Under the pieces are notes generated by a model. That model searched no databases and was not told where the DNA came from. It saw only the letters and a list, made by a program, of their open reading frames with translations. Positions 53,774 to 63,540 of a stretch of 64,000 nt of DNA are shown here, piece after piece. The DNA lies in the NCBI GenBank assembly GCA_045533185.1, contig JAZSHK010000073.1, positions 1,287 to 65,286 of the forward strand. The letters run 5' to 3'. The DNA comes from Acutalibacteraceae bacterium. GTDB lineage: Bacteria; Bacillota; Clostridia; Oscillospirales; Acutalibacteraceae. Both the position numbers and the translations under genes were made by a program. Position 1 is the stretch's first letter. Every line of letters begins with the position of its first letter.

Positions 53774-55133
53774 CCTGAATCACCTCGTATGCTTCGCGGA
53801 CCGTGCGCACGCCGACCACCTTGATGTCCGAGCGGGCAGTGATACCTTTCATATTATGCTGCGGAACAACGGCGCACCGAAATCCCATCCGCGCCGCCTC
53901 GGCAATGCGCAGATCCGCATTCGACACCGCACGGATCTCCCCCGTCAAGCCGACTTCGCCGAACGCCAACACTCCCGAGGGGATGACCGTATCTTTAAGC
54001 CCCGAGATCAACGCCAACGCAACCGGAAGATCGACCGCAGGCTCATCCAGCTCCAGTCCGCCGACCACATTGACGTATGTATCAAGGTTGGAAAAGAAAT
54101 AACCTGCCCGCTTCTCAAGCACTGCCAGCAGAAGCGACAAGCGGTTATAATCGAAGCCTGTTGTCATTCGGCGAGGGTTACCAAACCCCGTCGGAGAAAC
54201 CAGTCCCTGCACCTCGGCGAGCATCGGGCGGGTGCCCTCAATCGTGCAGGCGACGCAGGAGCCACTGACATTCAGCGGACGGCCGGAAAGCAGCATTAAC
54301 GACGGATTTTCCACCTCCGTCAATCCTTTATCGCACATCTCAAATACGCCGATCTCATTCGTCGAGCCATAACGGTTTTTCACACAGCGCAGGAGGCGGT
54401 AGCTGGAATGACGATCGCCTTCAAAATACAGCACACAGTCGACAATGTGCTCCATCACCTTCGGCCCCGCGATCGCGCCATCCTTGTTGACGTGACCGAC
54501 GATAAACGCGGGGACACCGAGCTTCTTACACACGCGCATAATTGCCGAGGTGCACTCGCGCACCTGCGTGACGCTGCCCGACGCCGAAGCAACCTGCGCC
54601 CAGTTCATTGTCTGAATGGAGTCGATGATGAGCAAGTCAGGCTTTTCATCCTGCACACATTGCAACACGCAGTCCAAATCATTTTCACAGAGAATGTACA
54701 GATTATCACTCGCCACGTTCAGACGATCGGCACGCAGCTTGATCTGTCCCTCCGACTCCTCACCGGATACATAAAGGATCCGCAACGTCTCGCCGAGATG
54801 CGCACAGATCTGCAACAAAAGCGTGGATTTACCAATGCCGGGATCGCCGCCGATAAGCATAAGCCCGCCACGCACAACACCGCCACCAAGCACTCGATCA
54901 AGCTCCTTGAGCCCCGTATGGTACCGCTGCTTCTCGTCATGGCGAATATCCGTGATCTTCTGTGCAGACACCGCCGCGGCTTGTCCGACGGACCTTGCCG
55001 CCGTGGCCTGGACGAGCTCCTCCATCGAATTCCACGCACCACACGAAGGACAGCGGCCGTACCATTTGGTTGCCTCTGCCCCACACTCGGTGCATACATA
55101 ACTAACCTTTGCCTTTGTGGCCAATCGGCTCAC
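53757..55133 (-). CDS. radA: DNA repair protein RadA/Sms
   Basis: A zinc finger C.ECG....W.G.C..CG.WN, Walker A GDPGIGKST, KNRYG and a Lon-like C-terminal domain are present. Confidence 0.95.
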   Translation of the reverse strand: MSRLATKAKVSYVCTECGAEATKWYGRCPSCGAWNSMEELVQATAARSVGQAAAVSAQKITDIRHDEKQRYHTGLKELDRVLGGGVVRGGLMLIGGDPGIGKSTLLLQICAHLGETLRILYVSGEESEGQIKLRADRLNVASDNLYILCENDLDCVLQCVQDEKPDLLIIDSIQTMNWAQVASASGSVTQVRECTSAIMRVCKKLGVPAFIVGHVNKDGAIAGPKVMEHIVDCVLYFEGDRHSSYRLLRCVKNRYGSTNEIGVFEMCDKGLTEVENPSLMLLSGRPLNVSGSCVACTIEGTRPMLAEVQGLVSPTGFGNPRRMTTGFDYNRLSLLLAVLEKRAGYFFSNLDTYVNVVGGLELDEPAVDLPVALALISGLKDTVIPSGVLAFGEVGLTGEIRAVSNADLRIAEAARMGFRCAVVPQHNMKGITARSDIKVVGVRTVREAYEVIQDADVE

Positions 55134-55136
55134 TCC

Positions 55137-55844
55137 TCACGCGCTTTGATAAACTTCCAATAACCCCGCGGCGATCGCAAATGCCATCTGCTGACGGTAG
55201 GAAGCCTGCTGCAGCTTTTCGCATTCCTGCGGATTGGACAAAAACCCGCATTCGACTAAGATCGCAGGCTTGGTTGTCTTGTGTAATAAATAAATGCTGT
55301 CGGTCGCTTGTTTCAGCTCTCGTTTATTATTCGGCTGAACGAGGGACAATATCTTCTCCCGTACCGCTGTCGCCGCCGTAATGCTCAGCGGATGTGACAT
55401 GGAATAAAACACCTGTGCACCGTCGTATTTCGCAACCGAGAAATGATTTTGATGGAGCGACACCGACATTGATGCGGCTTCATACAGCTTCAACCGATTT
55501 TGCATATCGCTGACTTTCATTTGCCGCGTCGTTGTGCAATTCGCATCGTGAATAGACACATCGCTCTCACGGGTCATTTGCGTCGGGATACCGAAAACCG
55601 TCAACACATCCCGAAGATCCAGCGCAATCGCCAAATTGATCGACTTTTCCAGCGTGCCGTCTGCAGACGACGCGCCACCGTCTTCCCCACCGTGACCGGG
55701 ATCGATCAGCAGGAATTCGTCTGTCGGCAATGACGCTGTGGAATGAAAAACGGTCGAATTGTGCGCGCATACGACCAGCAGCAGAACAGCAAAAATAAAG
55801 AATACCCGATAGAATCGCTTCGCTTGTTCACTCATTGTTTTCAC
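55137..55844 (-). CDS. cwlD: N-acetylmuramoyl-L-alanine amidase, CwlD-like (germination-specific)
   Basis: The Amidase_3 motifs IDPGHGGEDGGA and LVECGFLSN are present. The protein is short and has a signal anchor, as CwlD does. Confidence 0.8.
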   Translation of the reverse strand: MKTMSEQAKRFYRVFFIFAVLLLVVCAHNSTVFHSTASLPTDEFLLIDPGHGGEDGGASSADGTLEKSINLAIALDLRDVLTVFGIPTQMTRESDVSIHDANCTTTRQMKVSDMQNRLKLYEAASMSVSLHQNHFSVAKYDGAQVFYSMSHPLSITAATAVREKILSLVQPNNKRELKQATDSIYLLHKTTKPAILVECGFLSNPQECEKLQQASYRQQMAFAIAAGLLEVYQSA

Positions 55845-55883
55845 CTCACCACAGCCTATGTGTGTAAGGTGACAGAATATGAA

Positions 55884-56627
55884 TTATCGGCCTTTGGGAG
55901 GGTTCTTTTTATAAACCATTTTCTCGCGAATGGAGATCTGCCGATAACCGAGATAATAAGCAAGCCAGCAGATGAACGGCACAAACAGCAGCGTTGCACC
56001 AACCGCCAAAAGAGAGCCGACGGACAGCTCAGTGGCAGTTTTTGCGCCCATCTCAACTGCATCAAGATACGGAATAAAGGGGGTGTTGATCAGGCGATGC
56101 CATTTAAGAATAACACCGGGGACCATCCCAAACTTGCCGAGAATAAGCAACAAATACAGCACCGCCGACGGAACAGACGCAACCGCGCCGACCTTCAAGC
56201 CAAAATGTATGTCCTTATCCATCCGACCGAGCTGCACGTAGTTATCGTCGTGACTGCCCATATTCCAGAGGATATTATATGGGAACAGTCCAAAGATGAG
56301 CAGCGTAAATACGCTGGACAAAACACTTACGACCGCATCCGTCTTAGGTGATATCGTACGGATATAGGTCAGCACCTCGTTATCCTTTACCTCGACCTTC
56401 GCCGAACGGTCTTCTCCCTCTGCGTAGATATGCGAGGTAACCAACTGCGGATTCTCCCCGTTTTCATCGTAAGCGTAGATCTCATAACCGGTCACTTCAC
56501 CGAAAAAGCTCAGTCCGATCGCATCCATAGAGATCCACACGATAAAACACATAATCGATGCAAAGAACAGTCGGAGCCAAACATTGAAGCTGGTTTTCAG
56601 TAATGAATTTTTCTTTTTTTCTGCCAT
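55884..56627 (-). CDS. Integral membrane protein, function unknown
   Basis: GAGGTGA precedes ATG 56627. The 247-aa protein has about 6 hydrophobic helices. Confidence 0.65.
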   Translation of the reverse strand: MAEKKKNSLLKTSFNVWLRLFFASIMCFIVWISMDAIGLSFFGEVTGYEIYAYDENGENPQLVTSHIYAEGEDRSAKVEVKDNEVLTYIRTISPKTDAVVSVLSSVFTLLIFGLFPYNILWNMGSHDDNYVQLGRMDKDIHFGLKVGAVASVPSAVLYLLLILGKFGMVPGVILKWHRLINTPFIPYLDAVEMGAKTATELSVGSLLAVGATLLFVPFICWLAYYLGYRQISIREKMVYKKNPPKGR

Positions 56628-56640
56628 AATTGTCACCTCA

Positions 56641-57090
56641 TTATTCGATCGAATCGCCGTTTTCAATAGCCGTGAGCATATCCACACGTGTCTGATGGCG
56701 ACCACCCTCAAACGGCGTATCCAACCACGCCTCAACGATCATCTTGGCAAGCTCAATGCCGATAACACGTGCACCGAGTGCCAGCATATTCGCATCGTTG
56801 TGCGCGCGGGTCATTCTGGCAGAATACGGGTCACTGCACAGCGCGCAACGAATGCCCTTAACTTTATTTGCCGCGAGCGACATACCGATACCGGTGCCGC
56901 AGATAACGATGCCGCGATCGCACTCGCCGGCAGCAACGGCGCGCGCCGCCTGTGCGCCGTACACGGGATAATGACAGCTATCCGTCGTGTAGGTACCAAA
57001 ATCCTTGTATTCTAAGCCACGTGCCGTCAGCAAAGCCTCGATCTCCTTCTTCATCTCTAACGCCGCGTGATCACAAGCTATTGCAATCAT
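56641..57090 (-). CDS. rpiB: Ribose-5-phosphate isomerase B
   Basis: GGAGGT precedes ATG 57090. The sequence IAIACDHAA...G.Y.....DYP......V......GI.ICGTGIG is present. Confidence 0.9.
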   Translation of the reverse strand: MIAIACDHAALEMKKEIEALLTARGLEYKDFGTYTTDSCHYPVYGAQAARAVAAGECDRGIVICGTGIGMSLAANKVKGIRCALCSDPYSARMTRAHNDANMLALGARVIGIELAKMIVEAWLDTPFEGGRHQTRVDMLTAIENGDSIE

Positions 57091-57111
57091 ATTGATTACC
57101 TCCAAAATCTG

Positions 57112-57846
57112 TTATATCACCATACCGCCGTTCGGGGCGATAACCTGACCCGTAATAAATGATGCCTCATCCGACACCAGAAACGCCACCGTGCTCGCGA
57201 CATCGACCGGTGTGCCAAGCCGCATAAGCGGCGTATCCTCGGCAAGTGAGTGTAGCGTCTCTTCGTCGAAATTCTTCATCATATCCGTCTGTATCACACC
57301 GGGCGCCACGCAGTTAACGCGCACGCCGGAAGGACCGACCTCCTTGGCAAGCGCCTTTGTCAAGCCGATCACGCCCGCCTTGGCGGCGGAATAATGCACC
57401 TCACACGAGCCGCCGATCTGCCCCCACATCGAGGAGATATTGATGATCACGCCATCGTGCCGACGAAGCATCGACGGCAAAATCGCGCGGCAGGTATGAA
57501 ACGTGCCCGTGAGATGCACACCGATCATCCGATGCCATTCCTCATCCGTCAGATCGGTAAACAGCTTTTGCTGTGCAATACCGGCATTATTGATCAGTAC
57601 GGAAATCTCGCCGAGCTGCCCGACGACCGCATTTACCATCGCCGCCACAGCGTTCCCGTCCGAAACATCACAAGAAAACGCCGCGGCCGCAGCGCCCTCG
57701 GCGCGCAGTTGCTCAACGAGTTCCTGCGCCCGATCTTCCGCCGTATGATAGCATACGGCGACAGCGTAGCCCATCTTTGCCAGACGCAGGGCTATTGCAC
57801 GACCGATGCCGCGGGAGGCACCCGTCACCAAAGCGACCTTATCCAT
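57112..57846 (-). CDS. SDR-family oxidoreductase (FabG-like)
   Basis: I chose ATG 57846 (MDKVALVTGASRGIG). NNAG and Y...K catalytic motifs are present. Confidence 0.85.
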   Translation of the reverse strand: MDKVALVTGASRGIGRAIALRLAKMGYAVAVCYHTAEDRAQELVEQLRAEGAAAAAFSCDVSDGNAVAAMVNAVVGQLGEISVLINNAGIAQQKLFTDLTDEEWHRMIGVHLTGTFHTCRAILPSMLRRHDGVIINISSMWGQIGGSCEVHYSAAKAGVIGLTKALAKEVGPSGVRVNCVAPGVIQTDMMKNFDEETLHSLAEDTPLMRLGTPVDVASTVAFLVSDEASFITGQVIAPNGGMVI

Positions 57847-57847
57847 A

Positions 57848-58330
57848 TTACAGCTCCAACCCGATATCGTGACCGGTCTTTTCGTATTTATCAAAGGTAA
57901 CGCCTGTCATACGGAACATCAATTTCGATGCCTTGACCGAATCACTGTCGCCGTACTTGTCCGACAGATAAACGATTCGCTTAACACCCGCCTGAATGAG
58001 TGCCTTAGCACACTCGTTACAAGGAAATAGCGTGGTGTACACCGTTGAGCCCTGCACATTCCCGCCGGAATAATTGAGAATGGCGTTAAGCTCCGCGTGA
58101 CACACATAAAGATACTTCGTATCCATCGGCTGACCGTCGCGCGCCCACGGCATCTCATCATCCGAGCACCCTGTCGGCATACCGTTGTACCCGACGGAAA
58201 GGATCTTATTGTCCTTTCCGACGATGCAGGCGCCGACCTGCGTGCCGGGGTCCTTGCTGCGTTGCGCAGAAAGCAGTGCGATCCCCATAAAATAGGCGTC
58301 CCAACTCAAATAATCCCGTCTCTGATCCAT
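57848..58330 (-). CDS. dCMP deaminase (ComEB-type)
   Basis: HAELNA and PCNECAK zinc-binding motifs are present. Confidence 0.9.
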   Translation of the reverse strand: MDQRRDYLSWDAYFMGIALLSAQRSKDPGTQVGACIVGKDNKILSVGYNGMPTGCSDDEMPWARDGQPMDTKYLYVCHAELNAILNYSGGNVQGSTVYTTLFPCNECAKALIQAGVKRIVYLSDKYGDSDSVKASKLMFRMTGVTFDKYEKTGHDIGLEL

Positions 58331-59404
58331 TTACATATCCTCCTTTTGGAGTAATTGCGGCAGTAGAGCCGCATAGGTGCGAAATGCGCCGGGAAGTGCA
58401 TATTGCTGCTGCAATTCCCGCAAGGTGACAGCCTCGTAGCCGTCCGGCAAAGCAATGTGCGGCATTTGATACAGTCGCCCGCTCATATGCCATTCAACGT
58501 GAGAAAAGATATGCTTGGCGTGATCAAGCTCCCGCACGCAGCGGCAGTGCTCAATAATCTCCTTGGGGAGCAGAAGCGTCTCCTCGGTCGTTATAGTATT
58601 TGGCAGCTCCCATAGATTCGCAAGCAAGCCCTCGGACGGGCGCTTATGCAGAAGCACGCGCGGCGGATCTCCCGCCACACAGACGACTGCCACCAATCGG
58701 TCTTCGACGCGACGGGGCTTCTTCTTCGATCGAACAGGCAGGTTCGCCACCGTCCCGTCAGCAAATGCACGGCACTCGCCCTGCCACGGGCAGGCTGCGC
58801 AATCCGGCGAAGCTTTCGGTAAGCACACGGTCTCCCCAAGCTCCATCAGCGCTTGATTAAAGCGTCCCGCGTGCTCACTCGGAAGCATTTTGTACACGGT
58901 ATCGGCAAAATGCTTCTTGGCACCTGAGGACAGAACATCGGTGCTGTCCCCCATCAATCGGGCAAGCACACGCATCACATTCCCATCCACCGCGGGCACG
59001 GGAATATCATAAGCGATCGACGCAATTGCGCCTGCGGTGTAGTCCCCAATACCCGGCAACTCTAATAGCCGCTCATAATCGGCAGGCAGTTTTCCGTCAT
59101 AGCAATCGACAATGATGCGGGCAGCCTTTTTCAGATTGCGTGCACGGCTGTAATAGCCGAGCCCTTCCCACAGCTTTAACAGTTGTTCTTCGGGAATAGC
59201 AGCCAGGCTGAATACATCGGGACAAGCATGCATAAAGCGGTGGTAATACGGGATGACCGCCTCGATACGTGTCTGCTGCAGCATAATCTCCGAAATCCAG
59301 ACGCTGTACGCATCGTTTGTTCTTCGCCATGGCAATTCACGGTAATGCGTGATATACCAATTGCTCAATGCATCGGCACAGCGCATCAAATTCGGCGCAC
59401 TCAT
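58331..59404 (-). CDS. mutY: A/G-specific adenine DNA glycosylase
   Basis: The HhH-GPD region (LPGIGDYTAGAI), a 4-Cys cluster loop (C.P..P.C..CP....C) and a NUDIX-like C-terminal domain are present. Confidence 0.9.
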   Translation of the reverse strand: MSAPNLMRCADALSNWYITHYRELPWRRTNDAYSVWISEIMLQQTRIEAVIPYYHRFMHACPDVFSLAAIPEEQLLKLWEGLGYYSRARNLKKAARIIVDCYDGKLPADYERLLELPGIGDYTAGAIASIAYDIPVPAVDGNVMRVLARLMGDSTDVLSSGAKKHFADTVYKMLPSEHAGRFNQALMELGETVCLPKASPDCAACPWQGECRAFADGTVANLPVRSKKKPRRVEDRLVAVVCVAGDPPRVLLHKRPSEGLLANLWELPNTITTEETLLLPKEIIEHCRCVRELDHAKHIFSHVEWHMSGRLYQMPHIALPDGYEAVTLRELQQQYALPGAFRTYAALLPQLLQKEDM

Positions 59405-60117
59405 TCGAGCCCCTGTCGGGCGCGTAGCTCGCGCTCCGCCTGCGGCAGGCGCAGATAGGACGGCAGCAGCGCCGCGTCGGACACCGTCTCGCCGCCTTGC
59501 AGCTTACGCATCGCCGCAACAGCCACATCAGCCGCGGACTGATAGCGGGAAGAGATCGGTGCGATCGAGCTGTTCGGCAGGGCGGCAGAAAACGCTGCAA
59601 AGCAGATCTGCGCACCGTCACCGACGAACACGATCGGTTTACCGATTGCCTCCAAGCGCGTTTTCAGTTCGTCCAGCGTGATCGCCTCATCATTTGACAG
59701 ACGGATGATCTCTCCGTGCGGGTCGATCTCAAACAATGCCGTGTACACCTGCTGACAGCGCGCATCCATCGCACAACAGATTACTGCATCCATCGGCAAG
59801 CCACGGAAGGCTTCCGCCATAGAAGCCAGTGTGGAGACCTCAATACAAGGCTTTTCCTCTGCAAAGGCAATCCCCTTTACGGCTGAAACGCCAATCCTCA
59901 CGCCGGTAAACGAGCCGGGGCCGTTATTAACAGCCAACGCATCAACATCCTGCATCGTCAGCCCATTGATGCGCAGAGCGTGCTCAACCATCGGCATCAA
60001 AGTCTGGCTATGGGTGGATCTTGTGTGCGCATAATACACGGCGAGCAGGCGGTCATCCTGCAATATGGCGCAGGAAACGGGCGTCGCCGAGGTGTCGACC
60101 GCTAAAATCGTCGGCAT
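59401..60117 (-). CDS. tsaB: tRNA t6A biosynthesis protein TsaB
   Basis: ILAVDTS....S.A., NGPGSFTG.RIG pattern. It lies adjacent to tsaE. Confidence 0.9.
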   Translation of the reverse strand: MPTILAVDTSATPVSCAILQDDRLLAVYYAHTRSTHSQTLMPMVEHALRINGLTMQDVDALAVNNGPGSFTGVRIGVSAVKGIAFAEEKPCIEVSTLASMAEAFRGLPMDAVICCAMDARCQQVYTALFEIDPHGEIIRLSNDEAITLDELKTRLEAIGKPIVFVGDGAQICFAAFSAALPNSSIAPISSRYQSAADVAVAAMRKLQGGETVSDAALLPSYLRLPQAERELRARQGLE

Positions 60118-60121
60118 AGCG

Positions 60122-60565
60122 TTACTTCCTTTCTATCTGTCGCGTAGTATCATCCACGCGGGTGAAATACAACCGAATCGCATCGGCAGGCAACGCGTTT
60201 TCAACATTCTCGCTCCATTCGACCGCGAGGATCGCGCCCGCCTCCTGATAATCGAAGAAGCCGGTAGAATACAGGTCCTCCCATCCGCTGATGCGGTACA
60301 TATCAAAATGCACGAGCGGCGGGTCGCCGCCGTAATCGTGTACCAAGGCAAAGGTGGGACTGGAAACATCTGCATCAAGTCCGAGGCCGCGTGCGATCCC
60401 GCGCACAAGCTGAGTCTTCCCCATTCCCATACCGCCGAACATCGCGATAACGGCACCGGCCTTCAGTTCTTTGGCGAGCTTTTCACCGTATTTTTCGGTC
60501 ATTTCCACTGAATCGGATATATAAAGGCTCAAAGCTGCACCTCTTTTCGGTAAAATCGGCAACAA
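60122..60565 (-). CDS. tsaE: tRNA t6A biosynthesis ATPase TsaE
   Basis: The GGMGMGKTQLVRGIARGLG P-loop and SPTFALV.Y motif are present. Confidence 0.9.
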   Translation of the reverse strand: MLPILPKRGAALSLYISDSVEMTEKYGEKLAKELKAGAVIAMFGGMGMGKTQLVRGIARGLGLDADVSSPTFALVHDYGGDPPLVHFDMYRISGWEDLYSTGFFDYQEAGAILAVEWSENVENALPADAIRLYFTRVDDTTRQIERK

Positions 60566-60725
60566 TCAGACACCGAAGTAATCTTTTAATACTCACATTT
60601 CTGTTATTGTAACATATTTTTTTTAATATGAGAAGAGGAAACTTGCATATTTTGAAAAAGTTTATTATAATAGTGACGGAAGTCCTGCTTATTCACGCTC
60701 TGCAACCACGGAAGGAGACGGAACG

Positions 60726-61862
60726 ATGCAACTGCGTTCACCCAAAAGAAGCCTGCAGGCGTTTATACAAAACTCTAATCTACGGCTGATCATCCTCATT
60801 TTGGCGATCACCGTGTACGGTTGCCTGCTCGTTTACTCCGCCTCCCATGGCTACGGATACGGATTCAGCGGCGCCTCTACCCACATCATTGCGGCTGCGC
60901 TCGGTTTTGTTGCCGCACTGCTTATTTCTCAAGTTGACTACGATAACATCTGCGCACTTTGGCCGATATGGGCTGGTCTGTCGCTGCTGTTGGTTCTACT
61001 CACCTTCACCCCGCTCGGGCTTAATGCCAGCGGTACCGATGACACCGCGTGGCTCGGCATCGGCAGTCTGACCTTTCAACCCTCCGAGTTGATGAAGATC
61101 GCTTTTATCATCACCTTCTCCGTCCATCTTTCCGCTGTACAAGAAAAGATCCGAAACTTCAAGACTGTGCTGCTTTTGGGCATACACGCGATGGTTCCGA
61201 TCGGGCTGGTGTTTCTGCAGGGAGATGACGGCACTGCGATCGTCTTCATAATGATCTTTCTGTCTATGCTGTTTGCCGCCGGCGTCAATCTCTTGTATTA
61301 CGTCGTCGGATTGACCGGTGTGTGTGTGGCGATTCCGATCCTATGGTCGATGATGAGCGAGGATAAAAAAGCCCGAATTTTGTGTATTCTCCCGCCGTAC
61401 GTTGAGAAATATTTGCAGACCGCCGGTTGGCAGCAATTCGAGGGGCTTAAAGCCATCGGCTCGGGACAGCTGACCGGCACCGGATACCTCAACACGAATA
61501 ACGGCTCGCTATTCGCACGCAACAATGACCTTATTTTCACGGTTGCCGGTGAGGAATTCGGGTTTATCGGCTCGCTGCTCCTGCTCTTGCTGCTCACATT
61601 GCTGCTGTTCGAATTGTTCCGCTGCGCATCGCAAGCGCGCGATCCTCTCGGCACCTATATCTGCGTCGGTATGCTGGCGCTGATCGGTTTCCAATCGATC
61701 ATCAATCTTGGTATGAACCTTCGCCTACTGCCCGTCATCGGCATTACACTTCCCTTTTTCAGTGCCGGCGGTAGCTCTGTTGCGACACTCTACCTCGGCA
61801 TCGGACTCGTACTCAGCGTTTCCTTCTCGCAAAGCACACGCAGACGAAAGACACTGCTGTAA
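60726..61862 (+). CDS. SEDS-family peptidoglycan glycosyltransferase (FtsW/RodA/SpoVE)
   Basis: About 10 TM helices. The motifs QPSELMK, GTGY and LP..G..LPF.S.GGSS are present. Confidence 0.9.
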   Translation: MQLRSPKRSLQAFIQNSNLRLIILILAITVYGCLLVYSASHGYGYGFSGASTHIIAAALGFVAALLISQVDYDNICALWPIWAGLSLLLVLLTFTPLGLNASGTDDTAWLGIGSLTFQPSELMKIAFIITFSVHLSAVQEKIRNFKTVLLLGIHAMVPIGLVFLQGDDGTAIVFIMIFLSMLFAAGVNLLYYVVGLTGVCVAIPILWSMMSEDKKARILCILPPYVEKYLQTAGWQQFEGLKAIGSGQLTGTGYLNTNNGSLFARNNDLIFTVAGEEFGFIGSLLLLLLLTLLLFELFRCASQARDPLGTYICVGMLALIGFQSIINLGMNLRLLPVIGITLPFFSAGGSSVATLYLGIGLVLSVSFSQSTRRRKTLL

Positions 61863-61891
61863 TACGTTTAGCAGGAATAGATCAAGCTAAT

Positions 61892-61928
61892 AAGAAAGGG
61901 GCTGTCACACCGACAGCCCCTTTCTTTA
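61892..61928. terminator. Bidirectional terminator
   Basis: GAAAGGGGCTGTC / GACAGCCCCTTTC stem between convergent genes. Confidence 0.8.
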
Positions 61929-61930
61929 AC

Positions 61931-62569
61931 TTAATAACCGCATTCTTCCTCAACCAGAATAACGTGGATACGATCGGTCTGCCGCTGATAGCCGGTAATC
62001 AGATAGCTGCAACAAATGCGCCTATCCGAGGGGCAGCCATCGGTCATCCCGCCGTCAACCTTCATACAATGGCCAACCTTGTTACAATAGGTTTCAATGC
62101 CCAGACGCTGCGTATTCAGCGGCGCAGCACAGAGCTTCACACGCCGAGCAGCCTCTTCCAGATCTTTAACGATCTTATTCACTCCCGCGACGACGATCAC
62201 CTTTTTGGGGCCGTAAGCGATCGCCGCTATGCGGTTGCCCGTTCCGTCAACGTTATATAACTCGCCCTGCTCGGTGATTGCATTTGACGAGCACAAATAC
62301 GCGTCAGCGAAGAAGGAGCGACGAAAAATTTCCTCTGTCTGCTCACGCGTCAGCCCTTCGGCATAACGGTCGAGAAACCGATAGTTCCCGCTGCGAAGCA
62401 AGTCGATAACACCCGTTTCATCCAACGTCACCGACCCGCCGACAGCGACGGTGTCGCCTTCATTTAAAAGGCGTTCAACAAGCGGCATTACATCCGCTTT
62501 TGTCGCGACCACTTGTGGATTGAGATGATTCTTTCGCAGATTTGCTACAACAGTGTCGAGATTTAACAT
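61931..62569 (-). CDS. LUD-domain (lactate utilization protein C / DUF162-like) protein
   Basis: The pattern VAVGGSVTLDETGVIDLLR...F.DRY is followed by a C-terminal Cys-rich tail. Confidence 0.7.
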   Translation of the reverse strand: MLNLDTVVANLRKNHLNPQVVATKADVMPLVERLLNEGDTVAVGGSVTLDETGVIDLLRSGNYRFLDRYAEGLTREQTEEIFRRSFFADAYLCSSNAITEQGELYNVDGTGNRIAAIAYGPKKVIVVAGVNKIVKDLEEAARRVKLCAAPLNTQRLGIETYCNKVGHCMKVDGGMTDGCPSDRRICCSYLITGYQRQTDRIHVILVEEECGY

Positions 62570-62646
62570 AGCACGAACTCCTTTCGTTCTCTATTGCAAT
62601 ATACGGGATATTTTGATACAATATACAAACAGAATGAGGTGATAAA

Positions 62647-63534
62647 ATGGCGGAATTTTATTGCTCAGTATGTCCGCATCAATGCGGCGCTCTGCGCACG
62701 GATTTAACAAATATGGGCGGCGTCTGCGGGATGCCGTCACAGCCCGTGGTTGCCCGTGCAGCACTGCATTTCGGTGAAGAACCGTGCATCAGCGGCACAA
62801 ACGGCTCGGGTACGGTGTTCTTCTCAGGCTGCTCTCTACGTTGTCTGTTCTGTCAAAACGCCTTGATCAGCCATGGGCAATTCGGAAAGCCGATCACCGT
62901 CGAGTGGTTGGCGGATATCTTCCGTGAGCTGGAAGCGGCAGGTGCGCACAACATCAACCTCGTCAACCCTACGCATTACGCAGCCTCAATATGTAAAGCG
63001 ATTGAACTTTACAAACCAAATATCCCGATTATCTATAATTCAAGCGGCTACGAACGAGTGGAAACGCTGAAAATGCTAGAAGGATCCATCGATGTGTACC
63101 TGCCCGATTGCAAGTATGTCCATAACGATATTGCCGAGAAGTTCTCAGGTATCGATGGGTATTTTTCCTACGCTTCCACTGCAATTTTGGAGATGGCTCG
63201 CCAGACCGGCCCCGTATTATTGGGTGATGACGGGCTGATCCGCCGTGGAACGATCGTGCGGCATCTGGTGTTACCCGGGCATACGAAGGAGTCGATGGCG
63301 GTGCTGGATTGGCTGGCACAGCACAAAGCGTCGCTGTGGGTCAGCCTGATGTTTCAATACACGCCGATGGGCAATGTGTCGGCCTACAAAGAATTACAGC
63401 GTCCACTCACCCGCCGCGAATGTGACAAGGTGCGGGACTATATGCTCTCCCTGGGTATCACCGACGGATATACACAAAGCCGGGAAAGCAGCGGCGGAGA
63501 GCTGATCCCCGCGTTTGATCTCACCGGCGTTTGA
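62647..63534 (+). CDS. Radical SAM protein (PflA/PflX-like activase family)
   Basis: The CxxxCxxC motif is GCSLRCLFCQN. An N-terminal C..CPH.C cluster resembles PflX-type proteins. Confidence 0.8.
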   Translation: MAEFYCSVCPHQCGALRTDLTNMGGVCGMPSQPVVARAALHFGEEPCISGTNGSGTVFFSGCSLRCLFCQNALISHGQFGKPITVEWLADIFRELEAAGAHNINLVNPTHYAASICKAIELYKPNIPIIYNSSGYERVETLKMLEGSIDVYLPDCKYVHNDIAEKFSGIDGYFSYASTAILEMARQTGPVLLGDDGLIRRGTIVRHLVLPGHTKESMAVLDWLAQHKASLWVSLMFQYTPMGNVSAYKELQRPLTRRECDKVRDYMLSLGITDGYTQSRESSGGELIPAFDLTGV

Positions 63535-63540
63535 TGTGCA